Shown: positions 15,601 to 28,066 of the stretch, one piece after another
Layout of the letters: the number at the start of each line of letters is the position of its first letter
Numbering within the stretch: position 1 is the stretch's first letter
Source of the DNA: Amoeboaphelidium protococcarum X5
Lineage: Eukaryota > Fungi > Aphelidiomycota
Direction: 5' to 3'
Assembly: GCA_023515725.1 (NCBI GenBank)
Contig: JALDTO010000162.1
Location: 410,476-474,475, forward strand
Length of the DNA stretch: 64,000 bases
Made by a program: the position numbers and the translations under genes
The notes under the pieces: generated by a model
What the model was told of the DNA's origin: nothing
The model's database searches: none
The model's input: only the letters and a program-made list of their open reading frames with translations

Positions 15601-15996
15601 GGCTATAAGAATAAGCGACCTGGTGATGCTTTAGGGTCAAGCAATTGGTTATAAGATGATGAATGGGCGTACTATGAGACTGTAGATTAGATTGATGAAC
15701 TTCTCTGCTGGCTCAATTCGAAAGGTGTACGTGAAAGTTAATTAAAGACTACGCTTACCAAGTACTATGATCACATTGCTTACAACCTGACCAAACGGTA
15801 AGAGGTGGTCCAGATGGTCTAGGAGTAATAATTGTCATCATCGTCTACTTAAGAATCCACATCGATTGGTAAAAAGAGAGCTTCTGCTTCAATCACAGGC
15901 AATAATGGCGGTTCAAAACTCGGCGCAAGTTCTTACAACAGTAAATACAATGCTCACTCGTACCTGCGTTATGTGAACAAATGGTCTTCGAGATGA
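12656..15996 (+). CDS. ITC1: ISWI-complex subunit Itc1/ACF1-like (WAC, DDT, WHIM/WSD); intron 12778..12845
   Basis: WAC motif (EVWVVRQTKEI...WTCAVTQKDSLSYEEALLSE) is restored by a 68-nt GTAAGT...TAG intron. DDT (IWNFLFVYAKPLQLSPFTFDDF), WHIM2 (LGYDRFWNKYWW) and WHIM3 (IDELLCWLNSKGVRE) are present. TGA at 15994-15996. Confidence 0.88.
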
Positions 15997-16233
15997 TATA
16001 TTCTTAGTTGGGCAATAAATGCATACGTATTTGCACAAATGCTTGTACCATTGCGTACTGAAATTCAGTAATGATTCTTTTATTTCACCTTCATTTGGGA
16101 TATTTTCCAGATAGCAACTCATAAGACGAAATCGCGCTCCGCTGAGGTTTCGCGTGATGCGCACATGTTACTTGACATCGTTATATGATAGTAAAAGCCT
16201 ACTTCCTCAAAAGAATAGCCAAAGTCTTAAATG

Positions 16234-16863
16234 TCAAGGCAAGCCAATTTCATACCACTTTTCGCAACGTTTATAATAAGTCCAGCCACGCTCCACTTAA
16301 AATGGTTCATATCCGTTTTTCACCAGTCTCGAAATTTCTACCTAATCTAAAGAATGGACTTCTTTCATTTACCATTCCAAACATAATGGTGCAGCTCCAC
16401 CTATACGCGCGGATTCAACATTAGCGCGTATGTAGTTCTTCACTCGCTCCGCACCAGATATCATCTGATCAGTCAATTAATTAGCCTCTGTAGATTACTG
16501 CTAAACGTGGGCTAACATTTCATTGGCTTGTTCAGTAATCTTTTATTAGGCTTTAGAGGCCGTCTGCACCGCTTGATTAGCCTACTCCTTGGCCTCTACA
16601 ATAATCTTATCAGCTTACATACGCGCCTGATTCAAAATGGTATTAGCTCTCTACTGCGTCTCAGCCACAATCTTGTCAGTTTATCTGGAAGCGACTATTT
16701 TACTGAGCCAGCTGGAGGACTGTTCGCGCGAGATATCAAAAGTGTCTGATGGTAGTTCTCCATCGGAAAGCAGTGGTTGTTCCTTCGGATCATAAGTACC
16801 CGGAGCCACAACCACTGAAATAGCAGACACGATAAAAACTACTGATAGGATATTGAATTTCAT
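16234..16863 (-). CDS. Secreted hypothetical protein, 209 aa: signal peptide, 11-residue-periodic coiled coil, small C-terminal domain
   Basis: Hydrophobic N-terminus MKFNILSVVFIVSAISVVVA. In table 6 the frame continues through TDKIVAETQQRANTILNQARMQADKIIVEAKEQ to ...GYEPFQVERGWTYYKRCEKWYEIGLP then TGA. Confidence 0.75.
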
Positions 16864-17303
16864 TGGTAATTTCGGTACTGTTATTATTAATATTATTGCT
16901 ATTTAGTCAATAGAAATGTAAGATGGTGAAAAATTAATAAACGGTAATAAATTACCCCTCGAGTTGGTTATGTTTCGTACTAGTGCCAGAGGCTTGGCCT
17001 AGTACATTACGCGCAGGACAGTATGTCTGTCTGTGTGTTTATAATACAGCCGCGGGAGTGGTACTCGCTGCAGCACGCCGCCAATCCGTGTTTACAGAGA
17101 ATGAAAGTTGACGCTGTCTACTGGCTGTAAGATCACATTAGCTTGATTCATCTATCAGTCGGGCTGTTGCTATCAATATTAAACTATGAGCGTCAGTAAG
17201 ATTTACGAGTTGTCGCCAAAAAGAGGAAGCATGTGATACAGAGGGAAGAGAATATTATAGAGATGAGTATAATAGTAGTGATTAGACAGACGCATCTGAA
17301 GAG

Positions 17304-17771
17304 TCAAATCACAGCATCAACATTAGCGGCCTTTAGTTACCTTAATAAATCTTATAGTTGCTTATTATTAGCACCGTGTGAGCTATATATCTATTACTAA
17401 TAGAGAGATTACAATAACTAATCCATTTCCATCAGAATGTTTCGCTGACGTACAATCTGATCCATTTATGCAATTTAATCGCGACATTGATTGAACTTTG
17501 CAACATATGCATCGACATCTCTCTTCATCGCCTCAATAAAGTTCATGCTACTTGTATCTTATGACATTCGTTAGACTTATTCCTCCAACATGTTCAACTC
17601 TTCCCCGCATATCTAATCGGAGTGTTAATGCACAAAAGCGTCAATATCCTTCTGCAAATGTATCAACTCAAATCTGCATGCACTCAAGTGGCGCTCCAAT
17701 TCACTGCTACTCATTTCTTATAGCTATTTCGATGCTTCCCCACTTGTTGCATTCCCATTATCCTTCACCAT
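17304..17771 (-). CDS. Helical/coiled-coil hypothetical protein, 155 aa; weak resemblance to COG5-type tether N-termini
   Basis: ATG 17771 to TGA 17304 is open in table 6 (LERHLSACRFELIHLQKDIDAFVHQHSDQI...). Head-to-head with INTS11 across ~160 bp. The family guess is weak. Confidence 0.55.
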
Positions 17772-17932
17772 TTTCTTAAAGAGAAATTCTTGGAAATGAT
17801 ACCGTTATTCCTCTCTCACTTAAGCACAGCGGTCTCTAAAGGCAATGGAATTCTTCAAGATGGAGATAACAAACGCGCGATTTGCAACGTTAATTCTCTG
17901 TTGAGATTCCTCATTCAGTGCATACCAAAAGG

Positions 17933-19638
17933 ATGAGTAATTAGATTGTGATCACTCCGCTTGGAGCTGGTCAAGATGTCGGAAGATCGTGTATTCTGGT
18001 ATCGATCGGAGATAAAAACATCATGCTTGATTGCGGTATGCACATGGGCTACGATGACATTAGAAGGTATATTTTAGTTGATTTACTTTACCCGGGACGA
18101 CTTCGAATCATTATCAAACACTATGTAGATTTCCTGACTTTTCATACATTGCCCCAGATATAGACACATAGTAACTAAAGAGTGGGTAGAGAGTTGTGAG
18201 TCGGGATATGACAGCGATGATCGATGTGGTGCTGATTAGCCATTTTCATTTAGATCATTGCGGCGCCTTGCCGTACATGACAGAGATGTGTGGATACGAT
18301 GGCCCTGTGTATATGACTGCACCAACACGTGCAATAATCCCCATGCTTTTGGATGATTTTAGACGCATATCTGCAGATAAGATTGCCAAGTCTGACGATA
18401 CTAATGATAATACAAAAGATGCAATGTTCACACCTGCTGATGTTCGCAACTGTATGCTCAAAGTAAAGACACTGACATGTAATCAGGCAATCACCGTCGC
18501 TGGAGTGGACATTACTGCATTCTATGCAGGTCACGTTCTGGGAGCTGTCATGTTCCATCTGTCTTATGATGGAATGTCTGTTCTATATACGGGCGATTAT
18601 AACACTACTCCGGACCGACATCTGGGCGCAGCTTTCATTCCATCAATGTACCAGCCGCTGTGTGTGGACGTGTTGATCACTGAATCCACATATGCCACCA
18701 CAGTTCGTAATTCCAAGCGGGAACGTGAGCGGGACTTTCTGAATAAGATTTATGAGTGTGTCAAAAGAGGAGGCAAGGTGTTGATTCCGACTTTTGCGAT
18801 TGGACGTGCGCAGGAGCTGTGTGTTCTTGTTGAGGAGTTTTGGGCCAAGATGGGCCTAACTTATCCCGTGTATTATAGTACGGGAATGACGGCGCGGTCA
18901 ATGATATACTATCAGATGTACTCTAATTGGACGCACTCTAATTTGAGTATGAATTTCGGTGTGGACAAGTTTGACTTCAAGTATATTAAGCAGTTTCCTG
19001 GTATTCAGGCTGCAGATGATCACGGACCAGCTATTCTATTTGCATCTCCTGGTATGTTGCATGCTGGATTCTCGCTGGAGGTGTTCAAGAAATGGGCTCC
19101 GAATCCCGATAACATGATTATTATGCCTGGGTATTGTGTGCCTGGAACTGTAGGAGCTAGAATTCTGAGAGGCGAAAAGTAGATTGAGTTGGATGGTCAG
19201 ATCACGGAAGTCAAGTGTTAGATCAAGCATATGTCGTTTAGTGCCCATGCAGATGCTAGAGGTATAAAGCAGCTAATTAGGAACACACGGCCTAACCATG
19301 TTGTGCTTGTTCACGGTGAAGCGGACAAGATGAGCAAATTGAGTGATGAACTTAAACGAGACTTTGGATTATAGTGCCACTTCCCGTGTAATGGCGAGTC
19401 TCTATACTTGGACCGTATTCCACGCGTCGAAGTGTCCTTAAGCAAGAGACTACTTTAGAGTGCATATGGTCAGGTCAATGTTAACAATGCTGCGCTCAAT
19501 CTCGATCAAGAGCCACCAGCCTCTCTTATGTGTACCGATAAATTGCCGTTCTAGGGATGTATTGTCGTGGATTCACAAGGTGATGGCAAGTCAAAGAAAA
19601 TAAGGATTGTGCATGAGACTGAGTTGTAACAAAGATGA
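17933..19638 (+). CDS. INTS11: Integrator subunit 11 (CPSF3L), metallo-beta-lactamase/beta-CASP endonuclease; intron 18067..18128
   Basis: [33 protein letters not shown] (joined by a 62-nt GT-AG intron), [46 protein letters not shown] and PDRHLGAA match INTS11 rather than CPSF73/Ysh1. TGA at 19636-19638. Confidence 0.92.
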
Positions 19639-19840
19639 CTATGACATAATATATGATCTATATACTGTTCGATTGGATTACTAATTGTCTGCACCGGATT
19701 GTAGCCTTCCGCCCAGAATTCGTGCCTCGTCATCTTCCACGTCTCAGAAAACTCTCTTTTAATGCACACTGTAATTGTGCGTACCGTAATTTTACAGGCC
19801 AGAAATTTCTGTAACTTACAAAACTCTTTGGGTTATAATA

Positions 19841-20980
19841 ATGTAACTATTAAAACTACCAAGAACGCACTTGTCAGTCATTCCCAAAGCAGTGAGTACT
19901 AAAGACGTAAAGATTCAGCTGGATCAGGCTATTCATGAGGCTCAGAGGTCGTTAAGCGACAAATACGACGAAGTGGCCATTTTTTGCTGCCGCTGGAATA
20001 CAGATGATACAGGGAGTGATCAAGGTTGCAAGCTGTTCACCGATACGATGTCTTCACTATTTTAAACGTGTAAAGCTTAGTGTATATACAGCATCTAGGA
20101 AGAAGAAGATTATGAATGTTGGTTGACAGCATGCACCGAGACCAGGATGTAATTGGATAAATCGAAGCGAACCTTGTTCATTTTCTTTTATACCGGGCAC
20201 GCTACCAAGTCTTCTACGTCATCCTCCCTCATACTGACTGCTAGATTTGAAGACGCAGAGGACGATGGCATTGGCAAGACGCAGAGGGATTTTGCAATCA
20301 TAAATAATGCATTGATGCGTGCTTCTCGCGCGAATCCTCTGCTGGATGTTCTCATGGTTGTTGATTCATGCTGTGCAGCCGTTGGTTGACGAGGAAATAT
20401 TCCAAAGAGCGGAAGGATTGAGTTCATTTCTGCCACGACTGAAACTGGAATTTTGAATACCAGGGATGACAGACAGACATTTACACAGACGTTAGGTAAA
20501 GCGGTGAAGGAACTTTCCGCGAGCAGGGAAGATTTCACCACGGATGATATCGTTGCAAGGGTTAACGATGATCGTGAGTTGGCCCAGTACCCGCGCTTAT
20601 TTGTTAAGCATCAAGGCAAGGGCCTACCAATTCAATTCTCAAAGCCTATAAATGATGCGGTTGTCGTCCCTTTAGTAGAGAAGCCAACTCAATTGCCAGT
20701 TGTGTTGGTGGCGTTCCACCTTGCTGAAAGTCCAAGCGATGATGCGGTCATCAATCTCACCGATTGCTTAGCAAGAAGTAATATACCTATTTCAGTTCTT
20801 GCTGCTTTGCCAGTTGATTCCACCCTGCTGTTGATCGAGGTACCCGAGTTGTTGTTAGACTTTCTCCATTTTTTAAATAATCAATTCTATGTGACTTTGT
20901 GGCAGCTGGCGAGGAATTTGGTGGTTGATCGAAACAATTTGCACACTGTGTTCCTGTCAATGAAAAACAACCGTGTATGA
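19841..20980 (+). pseudogene. Caspase/metacaspase-like (peptidase C14 fold) gene interrupted by one in-frame TGA at 20387-20389
   Basis: One frame from ATG 19841 contains LFIFFYTGHA (His) and LMVVDSCCAA (Cys), then TGA, then IEFISAT and TFTQTL, which are typical later elements of fungal caspase-like proteins. Final TGA at 20978-20980. Confidence 0.65.
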
Positions 20981-21897
20981 ATCTCTTGACGCAATGGAGG
21001 TCAGATTGTGCAATTGGGTTGAACACGAAATCCCTTGGATTAGTTCAGAGAGGAGGCAATAGGTCCAGGAGATCGCGGTATAGGAGCTTCGTAAGTAATG
21101 GCTGAGTATCACGCAGCAGCCCAGCATAGTTGAAATGTCTTTCAATTGTGCATCTTAGAGCTTAAACGGGAATTTTAATTATGCTGGTAGCAGTAAGTGT
21201 TTTCATGTCAGCCAGCAGAAACAGCTTGGACACTAAGTGCACTGCATTGCGATTGGCTGTCAGGTTGACCACATATTCATGTTTGTACACATTAACACCA
21301 ATGGAAGCATCGAAGGCGTCATTGCTGTAGTAACAACACAGGTGGTAGTGACTTAGGTAATGTAGACAACCAGCTAAGCAGCACATAACTTTTATGGCTG
21401 ATTGGAGCCCTGAAAATGTATTTCGCACAACAAGCTTGCATGGATTGCTGTCATCTATGCTGCAGGTCTGCCGGTCAAACTGCCAGAGAGGGCTTCATTC
21501 TCACTCAAAGCCACTGTTCTGCAGGAACATTATAGAACTAGGCTAAAGGGCTGCAATACGCATCACAGGCTTGGCAAATGCAGTTGGCACCTTCAGGGCT
21601 CTATGGTACTCACCTCAGGTTCAGCTATGCAATCATCTAAATGGATCCTACAAGAATATACTGAACTTTAAAGTCTTCACTTTGTGATAATATGATCAAA
21701 ACCGTATTATATGTACTTGTTTAATAGCCCATTCATCTTCCTACTTCTCTGATTTGATTTATATGTGTCGCTATGTAATCAAAATGTTTATATATAGCAT
21801 AACATCGCACAGACCAGTTGGATACCTAATTATATGACTTGACTTTCACCATTTGATTAATACTTTACAATTTAAAGCAGTAACGAATCTACACAGT

Positions 21898-23523
21898 ATG
21901 CCTTCGATTTTACACTAGTATTCGCAGTAGATGACTAGCGCCCTTTAGAAGCTCACCCTTTTAGCTTCAGGGACGCGATCTACGGCCGATCATCGGCAAG
22001 AATCTGATCTCATCGCTAAAAATTCAAACAGTCTTTCAAGGCCACGGTATCAATCAAATGTCTCAAGTGCGAATAATAGTAATATCGTGAGTGATAGCTC
22101 ATATTGGCAAGCTGCAGACGATGATGATGAAAGTGGGATATCAATCAGTGATTTGCTTCGGGCAAGAAAGCAAGGCCAAGTTCAGGGTCATAGTATATCT
22201 AAAAATGTGGAATATCGAAGGATTATCAGCGATGCTTATTCAGAGTCACTGTAGGAGAGAAAATTGGAAAATGTCATGAGCATTAAATGCGATAAGATAT
22301 TCGCCTCCTAGTGGATCAACCACAGTCATATAGTGATTGGAACAAAATGCAGCAAGCTAATGGCGATAAACACACTGGACAGCCTGCAGACGCCAATTTA
22401 AATTGATCTAATCTCCAATAACAAAGATCCGATGCGCCGTCTATCTCGACCTGATGATACTTTTGCCTTAATTAGTAGTGGTGTTAGAACGATTAGTCTC
22501 GATCCAAGCGGAAGATTTCTAATCGCCAGTGGTAGTGACCCAAAAGACATTGCATTATACTCGGCCGTGACATTGGAGCCACTGTGTCTCTTTGGTACTA
22601 ATCAGTAAAAGCCTGGCCATAGCGATGTTATATTTGGCAGCTCATTCGTCAGCGATAAGCACTTTATAACGTGTGGGAGAGATTAGAAAATTGCATTGTG
22701 TCGAATTCCAGATAACATTTACTAAAGTCAAAATCAACGTGGCACTCCTGATGATGATAGTGGCGACAACACTAATAGTTTATCGCGGCGATTCAATTAT
22801 CCTGTTGTTGCGCCTGAAAAGCTATATCTTGCACACAATGACAAGGTGAGAGATATAAAGCATGATCGCTGGAATCAGTAATTCATGACTCTATCCACCG
22901 ACGCGTCGGTCAAGCTGTGGGATGTTGACACGATGAAATGTATTTCACGGTCGCCACTTGTTCACTCTCAGGAAACTGTATGTCTCTCCGTCACCAAAAC
23001 CATAGTTGATGATCAACACTTGAACACTGTGAATCAGTACACTCAATAAAATTTTTATGCTCGGCAGTCTGGTAGAAGATACACCAAGTCTCAATTAAAT
23101 AGCTCTAATCCGAGTACATTATATGCAGTAGGATCTTAATCTCACGTATCGTTCATCGACACCCGATGTGCTGATGGAGTAATCAAGACGGTGGAGTCCC
23201 GCGATAACAATTACGGTGTACGTTCACTCACATGGACACCAGACAACAATATTCTATTAATTGGTGGTGGTTGTGGTAGAATTTCACTCTATGATATCAG
23301 AGGTGGCAAGTTTTAGTAATGCGGTGACAATGGCGGAGAATATTTTCAGACTGGAAGCGGTTACTTGGAATAGAATAAAATCTATCATCAGCACTTTTCC
23401 GGTCAGAGTATACCGAACGCTGTATATACCATGGAATTTGATACCTCTGGAAGCCAATTGTTTTGCGGAGGCGGGCCTTTACAATGCGGTCTAGTTGGAA
23501 ATTACGCGTCATTATGGCAATGA
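21898..23523 (+). CDS. DCAF12: DDB1- and CUL4-associated factor 12 (WD40), 541 aa
   Basis: DKIFASQWINHSHIVIGTKCSKL and the C-terminus GGGPLQCGLVGNYASLWQ-TGA closely match animal DCAF12 motifs (NKVFASQWL...GTKCN; GGPLPSGLHGNYAGLW). The conserved Q in FASQW is TAG at 22309. Confidence 0.9.
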
Positions 23524-23649
23524 TGGATAACAATTTAGTTGCCAGTAGTAAAGGCAAAGAACTCACTTAAGATGGGTCAAATAAAAAATAATCATTTTCA
23601 TTTCCCATATGTATTAACGTTAAAATCTTCACTTAAAATTATTTCGATT

Positions 23650-24411
23650 TCAAATCTTGAGACTAGACACGTACTAAGGTCTTCTAAACTTTCCAGCGAG
23701 TATCATAATTACTATGAATACTGCTAAGGGGAACACAAACATGGCAATGAGTAGCGCTGCAGGATCCAGCTCATGTCCTGCAATAGTTTACAGAAGTCCA
23801 GGTGCTCCTTTGACACAACGGCATGAACTTATAACCTAATCATAGCCAGCGCCCATAAAATCAGGCATCAGAAAGTAATTACGCGGACGACATACACCAA
23901 TGTCCCAATTCAGGCCTAAATCCTAACAAAATTCAATGCAAGCCTGTTAACTCTTCTTACACTGAACATCAACGCTGTACTCCAAGCGCGTCCCATTAGA
24001 CAAAAACCCTTATGACACAAAGCCAACCAGAGAGTCCTCAGGCTAAAGATAAGAAGACGACACAGATAACACCTTAACCGTGTCCGTCTGCACATAGTTA
24101 CAATCAGCAAATATAGGGCGACCGTAATCATATCTCAAAGTCTTTGTGTAGCAATAGGAATGAAGTTCTGGCACGATCTGTGGCACTGGCTTCACCCCAT
24201 TCTCCTTGTCCAGACACGAACAATGTGCAGTAGTGCCATAGTGTCCATTTCTCTGTGTTAAAATACATGAGTTATCGAACGCGAACTTATCCTGCGAGGT
24301 GCACTTCTCTTCGCAAGCTTCCAACTTTTCATAGCAAGGCTCCAAGCTCTGACTACCATTGAATATCCCATAATCGCGAACAGGTTTAGCTTAAACTATT
24401 TGCAAGTCCAT
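23650..24411 (-). CDS. Cys-rich hypothetical membrane protein, 253 aa, two similar Cys modules and a C-terminal TM helix
   Basis: Open in table 6 from ATG 24411 to TGA 23650. Modules CYEKLEACEEKC...C...CSC and CKKSQQACIEFC...C...CRC. TM segment AALLIAMFVFPLAVFIVIMILAG followed by KFRR. True start uncertain. Confidence 0.7.
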
Positions 24412-24755
24412 TTTCAGTTATTGCAATGTAGATTATCTAAAAGGTGGCTAATGCTTTCTACTGATATTTTAACACAGCAGTCTAGTCTGCTAAATTTAAT
24501 ATCTTCAGCGATGCCTTTCGAAGGCTTAGTAAATGGGTCCGTAGTGCCCCTCTTGTTTCGTTATTGATCTTAACAGCCCCTGAACGCGGTCTGAATTTCT
24601 TTTAAATCTCCTTAATTAAGTAACAACATCTGGTTTGTTGTTCCTCTTTCGCTCTGTATGATTTCTTGAAATACACTGCATAATTGCATTTTATTGCTTT
24701 GAATTGCAACTAGTCGTTAGAGAGGCTATTCTAATCTGCACGAATCTTGGCTTTA

Positions 24756-27700
24756 ATGACGAGAGTTTTTAGTAGCAGTTTCCGACCCAGCTGGAAGCGC
24801 GGTCAATCTCCGACTGATTAACAGATATCCACTGCTGGTAATAATATTAATAATAATAATAATAATAATGACATTTTGCCTGTTTAATCATCATCTTCTG
24901 CTTCATCGCTCCCCGCAGTCAAACCTGCTCCACTTCATATTGACAGAGGCTTCACTGATGAATTAAATGAGATTATTAGCTCACCGGCTAGCACTCGAGT
25001 ATTTGGGCGAATTAAATCTGGCTCTATGGATAGTTAAGCCTAATCTCAGTAGTATGATTAAGATGGGAAGGCTAAGCTCAATCCTGGTGATGATTGTGAC
25101 AATAATAACGGTGATGGATCAGGTGCTAATGGCGAAACTTTTTTTGGACCAAGTGTCGTGATTTCTAGGGATGTTGTACTCTCTGGCCTGGTGAAGCTAT
25201 TCGAGATGTTTTATCTACTGTCTGGGTTTTCTTTTATCACCTGCATCACCATTTGTATCTTTGTGAATGTTGGATACGTCGCCTTCTAGACATCTGGTGT
25301 CATATACATTGTAGTGCTGGCATTCACCTTCTTCTCATCCATCCTGTTCGCCTTCTATCGTTCACTGCTGGGCACTGTGATTAGATTGATGCGTCTGGTA
25401 TGGCTACAAAAGTTTGGTGGTGGACGGCGGGATATGTTCTATGTGAGGTGGATCGATTGGATCTATACCAAGGCGACTGGTAAACCTGTGGAGTATGATG
25501 ATCCTCATTCATGGCTCACCTTTTTCAAGATTACTTTTCTGATTTTGTCGATTCTTATATTTGTAGGTGCGCCGCTGATCACTGTGGCTGCCATCTACGG
25601 ATATTGGACAATTATCAACGTGTTCTGTGCCCTGCTCACCATTGTATCTGCTGCATTTATCATTTTGGTGAATTGGGCTAGACGTATATTGAGATTTTTG
25701 AACTTTATCAAGAACATATTTATGGGCGCCTTTGGGAATGAACTCGTTGTACCTCAGATGCTGGTCGCCTATCTGGCATCGACTGGTAATGATCTGGGTA
25801 GGAATCTGGTTGATGTTTGGATGGAGAGAGTTGTGGTGTGGTCTTCGTGTATCTTTGTAGCTTCCAATATATTCACATTGTTCCGACCTGATCTGATTGT
25901 GGAGATTGTCTGTCTATCGCTGGCCTTTATCTCTCTTGTAATCAGGTATAGACGCAGGTTGTTGTACTGCTGCTTTGGAAAGAAGAAGTTGCATCACTAG
26001 TAATAATAATAATAGTCTTAGTCTCCTCTTTAGTTACTGTAGAATGACAGTGAAGAGACTTTGGTTGGAAGTACTGAGAGTGGGATGATTGGTATCAACA
26101 GCAACACCGATCTGAATAATAGCAGTTCAGATAATCTATTGAACCGCTCCTCTTAATAGAATCCGCATTCTCCATATGATTCAGAGTGGGATGGTCACTT
26201 TTATGGAGAGAGATGTTTCCCTCAGGTATTGCTGGTTTTTGTCTTCAGAGCTTTGCTGTTTGCCACTGGGTTTGTCGCACTTATGTACATGGACTTGACT
26301 GATGTTCGATCTTATGATGGTAATAAGCCCCCAGCGGCTCGTCATCTATCCGATATCCCTGTGCAGAAAATGATCAATATATGTGCTGCTTTCTTTGGCC
26401 TCACCATATTAAAAGACCTGTCCTTCATCTTCCCAATGCCTAGATATATTAGATCGCCCATAATGTTCCTTGTGCAATGTGCTCAACTATCTGTCGCTGT
26501 CTATGGATAGTATTTTTTCAGATCTTTCACCTTTACAGCATCTCTTATTCTGGCCATTTATGAATTGGATTACCGCGAAGGTAAATGGTATTGGAGTCAT
26601 AAAGAGTCATTGTGTGTTCAAGAGCGAAGTAAGAAGCGTGCATCAAGGAACGCCTGCATTATATTGGTAATGCTCCTACTATGCTTTGTTGGAAGTATTG
26701 CCGCGGGAATTATAAATTCGAATTTCCGATCTCGTGGAGAAGATGCTAATAAGTAATTTTTGGATCTCCTCAGAGGTGCATCACCGGCCACGAGTAATGC
26801 TGAACGCTCGTTAAATTCTGGATCAAATGCCACATTTTACAGTTCTACCCCAATGTGTACTCTGAAGTACACGAGAGAGGATTTGACACTCACAGATCTT
26901 GGTATAATGTCCATGGCCGCTTATCAGTAGACCCGAGAGGCGGCACTGGAGAGAATCAGGCTAGATCCGCAGTTGGACGCATGGGATGTTGGTTTGTACA
27001 ATCTGGGGCCAAGCATTCGTGATCAACCAGCAGGATTTAACAGAACTGCGCAGAATTACAGCAACATTGAGGTTGTGACTGGTGTTAGATTCATCGAATT
27101 TAGACACTAGCGGACTAATGTGTCAGTTATGGCTATCAGAGGTACGCAGAATCTGGAGGATATCTTTCAAGATTTGTACCTTTGGTTTACACCGTTCCTA
27201 CTGCAATCTAGTTCTTACTTTGGTACTCTGATTAATTTGTGGCCAGTATAGACTGTTAGCTATACAGTGGCACTTATATCCAATTTCGCTAGTTATCCTA
27301 ATCTGATTTACTGGGGAGAGATGGAGAAGATTGTCACGCGTGTAGTCGATGACAAGCACGAAACTCTGAGAGACAGGGTGAGAGATAAACTGTATGGTGA
27401 TGGGTCTGACTAGGAGTAAGGTGGTGCACTATCCATTTTCAAGATTCCATTCACCAACCGACCTATTTTTAAAGATCCGAGAGATAATGTTATTGGCTCG
27501 TCTACCAAGGTGATGTTGACCGGACACTCTATGGGTGGTGGATTGGCGTTCATAATCGGTGCTCACTTGGGAATTCCCGCTGTTGGATTCTCATCTCCCG
27601 GCCTGGCTTACAGTAGTATAATCTATAAGCTCACACAGAAGGCTCTGATGACGTAGACTGTGAACATCGTTCCGCTTAATGATCCTGTGCCTAAGTTCGA

Positions 27701-27821
27701 TCTCTAGATATCACAAGTGTAAAATGTACCATGTGACGCTGATTTCTCAGTTGATTGTCACAGCTTGGATCGTACCGTCGTTGAGATTATGAAGATTTGT
27801 GGAGTGCCCGGCAGGCGTTGA
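24756..27821 (+). CDS. Multi-pass membrane protein with C-terminal class-3 lipase domain, ~1021 aa
   Basis: One frame with many hydrophobic segments (~25.2-26.7 kb), then AIRGTQNLEDIFQDL, nucleophile elbow LTGHSMGG, NDPVPKFD and CHSL (S-D-H triad). TGA at 27819-27821. Confidence 0.85.
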
Positions 27822-28066
27822 TTTTACATGAGATATAGATAGTTCGCTGACTAAATTAGTAAGATAAGTAATTATAATAAAGTATTGAATAAATCAGTTT
27901 ACATATCTCCATATGGTTTAGAGTAAAGATTATAGAACTTTTTTGCACTTGATCAGAGGTTTTCTATCAATTGCGCCTCATCTTTTCACATTCAGTCAGC
28001 GATTAGATTGTGTGATTGAAAATCAATTCTATCCTGCAGAAGATCATATAAAGGAGCGATTGCATA

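Noticed and set aside
20387-20389. Selenocysteine at the internal TGA of the caspase-like gene
   Set aside because: The TGA is not at the catalytic Cys position and I could not identify a SECIS-like element.
21000-21740. Possible minus-strand gene between the caspase-like gene and DCAF12
   Set aside because: There is an open stretch of ~150 codons, but upstream TGA stops in every frame, no usable start and no motif. With a single stop codon such stretches occur by chance.
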